A stretch of 64,000 bases of DNA from Marsupella aquatica. Lineage: Eukaryota > Plantae > Marchantiophyta. The stretch lies in the NCBI GenBank assembly GCA_973895155.1, contig OZ316893.1, positions 10,173,660-10,237,659 of the forward strand. Direction: 5' to 3'. Both the position numbers and the translations under genes were made by a program. Positions 50,773 through 64,000 of this stretch are shown here, in pieces; the first letter of the stretch is position 1, and each line of letters opens with the position of its first letter. The notes beneath the pieces were generated by a model. It ran no database searches. It was not told where the DNA came from and was given only the letters and a program-made list of their open reading frames with translations.

Positions 50773-53700
50773 TCAGTCTTCAGCTTTAGTCTCAGTTTTC
50801 ACTAATTTGTACGCTGACCTAGAGTATGTGGATCTGCACCTAAAAATGAAAAAGCCCAATAGAAAAGACAGCACACTAACTATAGCACTCCATCCTGAAT
50901 ATATCAAGACATTCCAGAAGTAACACCTTCCTTGTCGAAATTTAAATAGAGTCCATGGAAAACAACAGTCACTGCGGTAAGCAAAAGTTTTGGTTGAGGT
51001 TGAGACATCCTTGGATTCGCTGTAAAGCAACTGTGTGTCTTCTACACTCAATTTTGGGTCATCAAGCCGCTTCCAGGTTGTAATATTCGGAATTACGGTG
51101 AAGTGGCCTGTAGAATGTTGATCAAGAGAAGCTACCACAATGCGGGCCCGTCTAGCCCAGCCCACTTTCCCATAGGCATGGTATCCTGTTCCTCCTCCAT
51201 AACATAAATTTATGCCCATCAAGTTTCCACAGTAATCGTTCACATGATCATGTCCAACAAAGGTAGCCTTCACATCTCCCTCCTCCCGTAGAGCACAAAA
51301 GAACCCCGAATTCACAGGAGGAGCAAACACTTCTTCTTGCTGCACCCCAGTTATGTGATCCCGATAGAGCACAGTGTCATATTCCGGAAGAGGAATGTGG
51401 AAATAGGCTAACGCAGGGACTAGTCTACCATTTGCTTCTGCCTGCAACAAACGCCGAGGGACTAAACTCTTAGAAAATACAAGTAAACATAAATTTCTAA
51501 GTGAAAAAATTCAGGACTAGATTTCACATCAAGTGATCCGCAATCTACCTAAATTAGGAATATGGTCATCATGCTGACTGGCTACAAGTCCCCGCTCAAG
51601 GTATCCCAACAATTGTGATTTCCAAGTTTTTGACATCCAACAGGAGCTTCAACACAGTTCTTAATTATTATAAGCCACTTAAATATACTCCCTACTGGCT
51701 TCAACTTCCAAAGATTCAATTATGGACATAAATAAGTTGAAGTACTCTTCAAAGTCAGATCTAGGCCTGACTAACTCTTTTCCAGGAAATCAAATAGACT
51801 AAATGAAAACTAGTCCGGGGGCCCGACCTGTACCTCTGCGACAATTCATTCACAGCAGTATTCAATTGTTTGTAACTGGTATTTCATGCAGCTCTGGCCC
51901 GGGTGCATGTTTGATCTAACGAGAGTGAATAGTAAATGTTGCTGCAGTTATAGGGAAGATCTCTGCCATACGGTCATTCTCCCCAGGAAGTAATAGTTGA
52001 AGGCACTCCAGCCTGAGGACCTGAAGTCCTCTCAATAAGTTCAGGACTTGTACTGGGGAACTGCGGGGTTAGTTAAGACCGAAAGCAAACCTGCAGGAAA
52101 TTTCTCTCTTGCTGAGTGCATTACAGATGCATGGCATTGTTTTGATCAAAGTTTCACTGCTAAAGGTTGTCAAAGAAAGGAGGGATCTCATGACAGCTTC
52201 TGCCCTCAGTGTCAGATCTTTTAAAAGTACTATCTCTCATGTTAGGTCACTGGATACAGTACCTAATTATTAGTAAAGTCCAGACTCTAGCTCGAAATTT
52301 ATACATTTATTTTTCACTTGCATCCACCAGTCACTTCGTACTCCCACTCCGTTAAGCCGTATGGAATTTTTATTACTTGAATTCACTTCAGTTCTTTCCT
52401 TATCTCTTACAAAACCGGTCAGTTCACTGGTCCAACGAGGGCCGTAAACAAAGCTATCAGTCCTGAGCTTTGCAGTGCCCTGAAGAAATTCAGGGAAGGA
52501 AGCCATCATTTGGAGATATACAAGATCGAAAGTAGGAATTGGTAGACACTTGCAGCCTCAGATGGAAAACGATGTTTCACACAGGAGAGAAGTCCGTTAA
52601 ATCCTACTACTGCCCAGATTTCTTACGACACCATTGGCATCCTTTCTGTCAAGCATGAGTCGGGATATAGAATGAGAAAAATTCGAAGCTCTTAGAGCAC
52701 GAGCAAAGAGTGAGTTTCCATACCTTCAGCCGCCGAGACAGCTTAGAGAACCAACTTATTTGACTTCCCCTGATCCAATCGTATCCCTTGACACCTGCCA
52801 ATTTCGAGTTGTCCCCACTATCCAGAAAGTATAAATTCAGGAGACTAGAGTTTCCCTGTTCGCTCCCGGGCAAACCAAAAACTTGTAAGTAGAAATTTCC
52901 CCACCCATCTGTTCCTTCTACTTGAGGGTCTTGCACTTTGGCCAAGGAGCCTTCCATCTGAGAGATATACTCCATTAACTGGCGTCGGTTCAAAGTAGAT
53001 TCGACATCATGGTTTCCTAAAACAGCTGCCCAAGGGATCTTTGATTTAACAGCAGGGGAAAATGCCATATCCATGGATCTTTTAGCATCCGAGGCTGACC
53101 AGCCAATGTTATCACCTGAACATAAAAATCCGAGATTTAACTCAACGAATTGATCTAGACTAGTGGAGGGGTGGCAGAAGAGAGAAGAACAGGGAAAGGA
53201 AGGAAGTCAGGAAACTGAGACAGCTATCTTCTACAGCGCAAGCTAGAATCTGGGGGAAACAGTGCTAAGGAACCTGTGAAAACAATTAAATCCGGTGCTT
53301 CTTGTTGAATGAGACGTCTCGTAAAGGCCGTTGTGTTGAGATCCGAACAGAAAGGATATTCTGCAGGCCGCACATCACTGCAGTCGGTTGTCATTCCATT
53401 TCCATAATGCATGTCAGCAATCTGCACAAACAAACGATCATTCGTCAAAAGACGTTCTTCGTAAGTGAACCTGTGATCAAATGAATGTCGATGAGCAAAT
53501 CAAATCTTTCCTTTCAAGGGTAAAAAAACTTTTGATGTTCTATTTGTGGAGGCCCTCGTTGCCGTCTTATCCTGTTGCACAAACATCTTAGTAACATTGG
53601 TGGTTCAGAACTGCTCTCGTTTCTTTTTTCCAGAATGTCTTCGTTGCTTTCATTCCATACTGTTGCTTACAAGCTCTTCCCATTCAGTAGGGTTCATGAA

Positions 53701-54014
53701 CGAATTCCTCCATATTACGATGGACTTGGTACTTTGCGGTGACACGCAGACGACATGACGACACTTGGATCGAGCGTCCCAGAACAAACCTATAAAAGAA
53801 AAAAAACGTAAAGAGACAAAGATAGGCCGCCGGGTAGAGAGAGGGGACGACGAACCTGCAAAATTTTGAATGTTCCGTCACCCTTGAACCGAAGCCTGAC
53901 GTCCTCCGATGCTTGCATCAAGCGAGGGCAGGCACCGAGACACCAAAGAAGCAGAGCTAAGCAATTCCACACGACAGCACTCCTGGCATCCCGATTCAGT
54001 CTCACCGATGCCAT
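50773..54014 (-). CDS. Purple acid phosphatase-like metallophosphoesterase (PAP14/28/29 / Dcr2-like); exons 54014-53856, 53421-53274, 53115-52724, 51441-50773 (455 aa)
   Basis: N-terminal signal-like segment, FKILQIADMHYG, IVFTGDN, LGNHD, YFHIPLPEY, FVGHDHVNDYC, GYHAYG; 1368 nt in frame. Confidence 0.9.
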
Positions 54015-56399
54015 TTCCTCTCCTTTGCATCCTGTGCACGCATCAAAATTGAGATAGGCCCCACATCCGACTCGGCATCAATGGACTGTATGCTGTCATC
54101 GGTCATGCAGCTGACTACTAACAAGGGCCGCTTCACAAAATCAGAGGCCATCTAAGGTGAGACCAAAGAGTGTCCCAAAAGCAGCTTCTTTCGAAGACGG
54201 TGCGTTAATTTTTGGCTGTAGCTGTACATGTGGATGGACAAAGGTTTTCTAAACTCTCTTTGGGCACTCTGGACAGCGTGGTGGGCACCATCGACAAACT
54301 ACAGGGCCCAGCGACAGGAAATGATTCCGTTTCAGAACGCCGGAATGCATCAGCTCCGACCATAGCAAAACTCACAATTGTCCAATTTCAGACGATATTG
54401 AGAGAGGGAGAAACAGATCCAGGGGCTAGCCAGAGGGTGAAAACAATGACTCGTTTCTGTCATTTCTTGTGTTTCCGGCTGAGGATTGGGGGCTTTGAGA
54501 AGATATTTGGATCACGGTCTAGGAGCTTCACGGAATGGGAATACTCCTCAATCGACTGTCAGGGCTTCTCTTCCTATCTCTAGCCGATCCTCTGTCTCCT
54601 TCGGCCATCCAAATCTGGGTCGACCTCAGAAAAGGACCGTCCAGCAAATTTCTCACTACTGATCCAATGATGTGCACTGAAAACAAGTACATCAACTGAA
54701 TCCTTCCATTCACCAAGCGATAGACTACACCAGCAATCCCTCTGGTAGCATTTATGTACGATAATAATCATATGGAAAGTCAACAAAACTAACCAGATTC
54801 TCGGAAAAGGACAGAAACGTATCGATCTTGGGTCTGCCTCTTCGACCCTACCAAACCTGTCCACCAACCTCGAATCCAGTCGCAATCGGAAACGACAGCA
54901 AAGAACGACACACTGATCCGTCTCAGCTCCTGCAGCGATGGACAGAACTCGCATTAAAAACGTCGACATGCCAGATTCGGACGCTGATGGCTGATTTCAC
55001 AGACCTCCAACAAAATATGGGACAAGCTCCCCGTGACCAAAGCGATTGTTAACCCATCACAGCCATGTCTCAAACAAAGCAACCAGACCAAGCTAACCCA
55101 TACTCCGTCTCCACTGGTAATTCCTCGATCGTCGTCGTATCACCCTCAAAAATTTGTTCGGGTTCTTGCTCGATTGACCCAAACCGAAACACAGCCGACA
55201 TAGTTATGTGGGTGAAATGCTCCAGACAAACCTTCACCCACCCCTACTACAGTCGTCGAGCAGACCAGACGGGACTGTAGCTCGTGTCAATGACTGAAAC
55301 TCGCGAGACTAGCGTGATTACCCGATAAAGATCTGTTCTTTTGAACGTAAATAAGACTGACTACCCGTTCGATTTCCGTCAATATGTGTTCTTTTGAATG
55401 TAAATAAGACTACCCGCTCGCTTGAAAAAGCAAAATGTTTGTCCTAAGGACATAAACCATACAATTGGGATGGTCTAATTGAGAATAGTCTCTGAGTACA
55501 CTGCCCGTTGGATTAATTGAGAATATTCTCTGAATACAATGCTGTCCATCTGAGTTGCAAAAATACATGGGAGCATTTTGACAAACCTAGAGGTCTATCA
55601 AGGCAATATAATAATCCAAATCATTATATGTTCATCTATTCTTTAGAACGTAAATAAGAGATGTAAACAAGAGGAAACGATGCTCTCTCCAAGGAAGGAC
55701 AAAGTTGGTCTTTGAAATCACATGGATCACATTTCACAAAATTTGAGTTTAATTGTAGTAGTTAGATGTTAAAAATGCAAGTATTTTTGAGTTTTGAGGA
55801 TGTGTTAGAGGAATAGGTAACTTACACTTTCATCAAAATGAGAGTGAATTTTTGTCATTTTGGTTACTTTATTTATCATGGAATGAGGAGGGGTAAACAG
55901 GGTTTAGGGTTTAGGACACAATGCTTTCTAAATAAGACTACTTTTGACATAAATGTATGTTCTATCTGAGACTACCTTTTCTTATGAACATGTGTATATA
56001 GACGAGTAAAGAAAACTTGCAAGAAAAAGATTCCTTATTATTGCCACTTACAGAAAAAGTCCAGATTATTGACATTCATTTATGATTGTCCCATTCCCCA
56101 CACCCCTGAAGTTAACTGAGGTTGGCACAGTTACTTTCTAAAGTTTTCACTCTAGACCTTGGCCACAAAAGTAGATTTCTATCATGAATTACTAATAAGA
56201 TGACTCGGCCACTCGGGCTATGGGAGCGCTAACGGGAATGAACTCTACAGTAGTGGAGTCCCATACTGCAAAACATTAATTATATCTCGTTTTAGAAAAT
56301 ATAGTATTCCTGTTTTCATTTCTAATTGTAAAAGCAATATATACACTAAAAGTCAGTGTTCACACCAGGATACTCGAATTTAAAGTTTGGATAGACTTG

Positions 56400-57530
56400 T
56401 CCTTTGTCCATGAAGCCCCATGGACAACCCAAACTTGGATGGATTGATTCATGGACCAGACATTAACACATAAATATGCTTGGATGCTATTTTTACACTT
56501 CTGTCCAAAAGTATTTTGTCACATCGCCACTTCTGTCCAAAAAGTATCTTGTCTCTTATTTAATCGGCACTTCTGTCCACAAGGTACCATGTCAGTGGCC
56601 AGATTCTCTTGATTGCAAGCTTGGCTTTATTTGGGGGCTTTATTCTCCTGACATTCTTTTTCCTCTGGAGTCCAGATTGTCCTCTAACCATTTTTTTAGA
56701 GTTCAATAAAAACAAGATAAAAAAGTAAGCTACAATAAAATGTTTGAGCACCTTATCTACAGTAACCTTTATGGTAAATGAAACTATGTGACGACTAAGC
56801 ACTTCACATTTTCCTCATAGCGACTCAAGTAAGTTCTTCAATTACAATGAAAAGCAAAATGAACTCTATATTTTTCAATATTTTTTTATAATGGAATGCA
56901 AATACCCCAAAGAAAGGGGAAGCAAACAACACAATGACCCATGAACCAATGGAACAATTCACACCAAGTAAACTTGGGGGATTGTAGTAGTTTTGCCATA
57001 GCAAAGATACAAGAAATTTAAATTTTCAAAATCATTGTTATGGAATCATATTTTTCATAAACTGTTGCGTTTGTTACAAGGAGTGTTTTGACTAATTTTT
57101 CTTTTGGCAAGCTACCTGAGAGTTTAATCTAAGAGAGTATTGTTGAGATTTCTTATTTTTCGAGAGCTCTCCTCTTGTTACAAAGGCCCCTTTGAGTTAT
57201 ATTTTCCGTCATGGAACTCAAAGAAATCTTGTTTCTCGAGTACTTTGTCTCAAGTACTTTACCGTTGCAAAGGTTCTAAAGACTTGAGATGCACTACTGA
57301 ATGTAAACCTTCAGTCCATTCCATGCAGGTTTTCATTTCATATTTACAGTAGGTGCACTCAATCTCCTTCCCAGACGGAAATGTAGGTAAAGAGTCAATG
57401 AGAATATGTATTATTTAGATTTCCTCATGATTAGGTGTAAAGTGCTCAGTCTCTGGCACACTCCATGGGGACTGGAGACAACTTGCAAGTCCATCCAGGC
57501 TTTAGTTTCCAGGATACTCATAATGTTCTT
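56400..57530. repeat. Second copy of the ~1.1-kb degenerate repeat
   Basis: collinear with 31435-32490. Confidence 0.8.
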
Positions 57531-58965
57531 AAAATTTACATGACAAAAATATTACCAGTTTTCACAACCACCCAAGATATTTTGTTAGAAGAGAGTATTT
57601 CAGATATTTATGAAGACCCACCTATAGGGGTGGAGGTACAGTCCAACCAAAGCAAGGTATGGTATTGAATTGGTATGACTGTACATCCATGAAAAAAATC
57701 CAAATATCAAGATATAATTTAAAAAATCTCATATTTTAGAGAGGGTATAGAAATTTGGGTGTGCTCTACTGCGGTATACCAATGATAGCAATAGTATAAA
57801 AGAGTACATTATAACTTATAATACCATTTTCAACCTCAAAAAATTGAACACAAAAACAAAACATGTGGTCAAGAAAAATCAAAGCATGCTTTATCTTGCA
57901 GAGTTGACATATAACAAAATTGGTGAATAATACAACATATACTTATAAGAGCCTCTCTCAAACATCATCAAGACTAATGCGTCACCTATCCCAAGCTTGT
58001 CAAGTGCAGCACCTTGACCCGGCCCTGGCATCCAGCTACTACCCTTCTCCCCTAGCCGTTGCCCACTAAGTTGTAACTCACCCACTAGTTTCTTGAGATC
58101 ACATGTAGATCTCAAGCTATGTTCTACTGTCCATGGATAGCAACAAAGGGACCACTGACTAGCTGCGGAAATGGCACGTCAAAACTACCCAACCTAGGGT
58201 ATGAGAGCTACCAGAGGCAAAGGTAAGTAGCTGGATCCCAGGTTGGAGTTGGGGCATTACAGCCATGAATGCCAAGCAATTGATGAGCACAAATCCAACT
58301 GCGGGGCAAGTCCTCTCATTCTCCTTCCACAAAGCAAGGACCCAATTCATGGGCATGATTTGTTTCACCCTACGGTAGTTTCAAATTAACAACTTTCAAG
58401 AATATTGCCACTAAATATGTTTGAATTTGCAATATTATCACTATTTTTTTTTGTATCTACAAAAATACCACCCTATATAGTCTGGAATAAAAGATGGTGT
58501 TGTCCTAAGTGGTAACCGAAAAGCGGCACAGTCTTGGAAGCATCTCTGCTAACTTCCAGAAGACGTCAAAACAACCCGTCCCGTGGATCCCAACAAGTGC
58601 AAAGGAACCATTGCGAAAAGTGTGGAACTATTTCACAATAGCTCTGCTGCTCATACTCTACAGATGTTAGATGCCGTCGAGTTCTCAACATTGTACTATC
58701 ACTCACTTCGCAGCTTTTGGAGGATTTCTGAGCTCTGCTGGTCATACGGTACAGACTAGTACTCTCACCTTGGTGAACTCTGAAACGTGGCACTACCACT
58801 TCACAGGTTGTGGAGAAAATCCGTGGAGAGAAAATCTGTGGAGAGAAAATCCGCTGTACTTGAGAAATTCCCTGGACCATAACTTGAAGGGGCGACTGTT
58901 AAGGAAGAAATTGCAGTTTATCGCCGGCAGCTACTCTTGAATTGGTTCAGAGCTTCGACTGCTGA

Positions 58966-62141
<3,176 letters not shown>

Positions 62142-63564
62142 GAGTGGGGCGAATCTCAGTAAACTTTGTACTATTGTTGAGCGTTTTGCCAGGTTGTGTA
62201 GACAAAGGACTGAGGCGGACCGAGATGCTGACATAGTTTCTCCGATTTTGCAGCAGACTGTTTAGTGATTGCTGGAAATACCACCATCAAATACGAGGAC
62301 TTCTCAACACAGCGAAGTTGGACATGTCAAATTGTCAATTAGCTGAAGAATCTTCACACTTAATTGAGCATGAGAACGTTAGTCCATATTGACAGTCCAT
62401 TTTAATAACAGAACTCACCTGAGCTGTTGATTGTAGGTCCCCAGCACTATGTGCCAAGGCAACGTATCAAAATATTGTGTGACATTGCAGTGATGGAGGT
62501 GACCCTCTGTTAATTCTGTGGGCGATCTTTCCTTTTTTTCCCCCTCCCCCCCCTCCAAAGAAAGAAAAACGAAAAAGCTTGCTCTTTGTGGATCTAAGTC
62601 AATACATTAGGGTGAATTGGCATGCGCAATTCAGTACCAGGGACGTATAGAGTGAGAGGAATCCAAAGCACTTGGTTTGTTATTTTTTTTCTTCTTCTGT
62701 ATTTGTAGGTGAGGCAATGGCTATGAACTTGTTAAATTGTTCCTCGAAAGGTCTGCAGGGAAAGTATCAGGGAGCTATAACTTTTGCCAGGGTGAGGGAG
62801 TTCTGTCCATAGAAGCTTACATGGACAGTTTCACTAGTATCAAGTATATATCAAAGTGCGAAAGGGCAAAAACACCAAGGGAGACAGGGTCCAAAGGCAA
62901 AGCAACCCAATAAAGGGAAAGAAACAGAAGAGGGAAGGGCCCCAATAAGAGCCAAGAGGTGAACAAGGCAAAGGAGTCCCCCATCACAACCTAGGAACAA
63001 CAACAAAAACCAAGAACCCCCAAAGGAGCAAGGAAGACTAAAACCCTACTCTGAAGTAATTGTGTACTGAAGTTAATTTGTACTTCAAATGTCATCTTCT
63101 CCATGGGGATATAGGCTGGAGGAAGGGCATTACCTTCCTCAATACTCTCCCATGCTATGGATCCTTGTAATTGGCCTGCACTGCTCTGCTGCATTGGAAT
63201 GGAGAAGGGACAATTTAGGGAACAGGTGAGGTAGGCTATATCTTTTGTCCAAGTTGCACAATCATCATGGTTGGTTCTCACCAAGTTGGCCTGGAAATCC
63301 CCTCTAAGTTAGTTGACACCCCTAACTTATGGCAAACTTATATCTTATCTATAATGAATAATAGAGGACTAATCATGGACACCTTTACTCCTTATATGGT
63401 GCATGATGACTTACAAGGTGGTCAATTACTACTGTCCCTAATCAACCCTGGTTTCACAATAATGAACATAGTTTTCCTGAAATTGTGAGGCAGGCTAACA
63501 TCGCAATGGATAAATGTGAGAAAAGGGAACGTTTGGACACTTCCCTTGTCATAGTGCTACCGTC

Positions 63565-64000
63565 TGTTGAGCAAAGATGACATTTGCAACGGCAAGCCCA
63601 TGAACCATCCAACAAACAATAGTCGACACAGAGAGATACGTGATTCACCTCCACATGAGGCTACGTCCACGGGAACACACAAGAGCTTTACTGCACTCTA
63701 GGCCAACCGGCCATACCAAGCATCCACAGCACAAGCTCTCCCAATCTCTCAACTAGCTCCGTAACAATGAGCCTAAGTTCCACCAGGGTCTGGCATCAGC
63801 CCTGACTATATGCACAACAGCACTACCGCTAACATTAGCTAAGTCCTACCCGAGTTAGACTAACTGTGGTTAGCTCATGAGTCACAAGACTAGAGCAATA
63901 TCTAACAAACTCCCCCTTGACTCTTGTCTTGGGGACTCGACTCAATGCTACCATATGGAATCCTGAGCGGGAAGTTCTAGACAATCACCAAACCAGGTCT
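63565..64000 (-). mobile_element. 3' LTR (63907-63565) and PPT of a minus-strand, probably Copia, element that continues beyond the window
   Basis: minus strand reads AAGGGGGAGTT (63918-63908) then TGTTAG...CTCAACA; 3' half nearly identical to the solo LTR at 9996-10340. Confidence 0.85.

Overview
Eukaryotic land-plant nuclear DNA. The spliced genes and TE complement suggest a non-seed plant such as a bryophyte; that assignment is inference. Five intact intron-containing genes were reconstructed by hand with GT-AG junctions and in-frame totals: two tandemly duplicated family-1 UDP-glycosyltransferases (+), a SURP/G-patch (SUGP1-like) splicing factor (-), a PAP14/28/29-like metallophosphoesterase with an extra C-terminal hydrophobic anchor (-) and an aldo-keto reductase (+). 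The rest is nested transposons. These include a Ty3/Gypsy pol whose integrase ends in a PHD finger rather than a chromodomain, a CRE-like restriction-endonuclease non-LTR retrotransposon, a complete PIF/Harbinger with TIRs and TTA TSD, and a solo LTR with a related 3' LTR. There are also five non-autonomous TIR elements with 8-bp TSDs but non-hAT termini, near a possible decayed Kyakuja-Dileera-Zisupton (KDZ) transposase, plus hairpins and tandem repeats. No rRNA, tRNA or CRISPR seen. All family assignments come from reading motifs; no searches were run.
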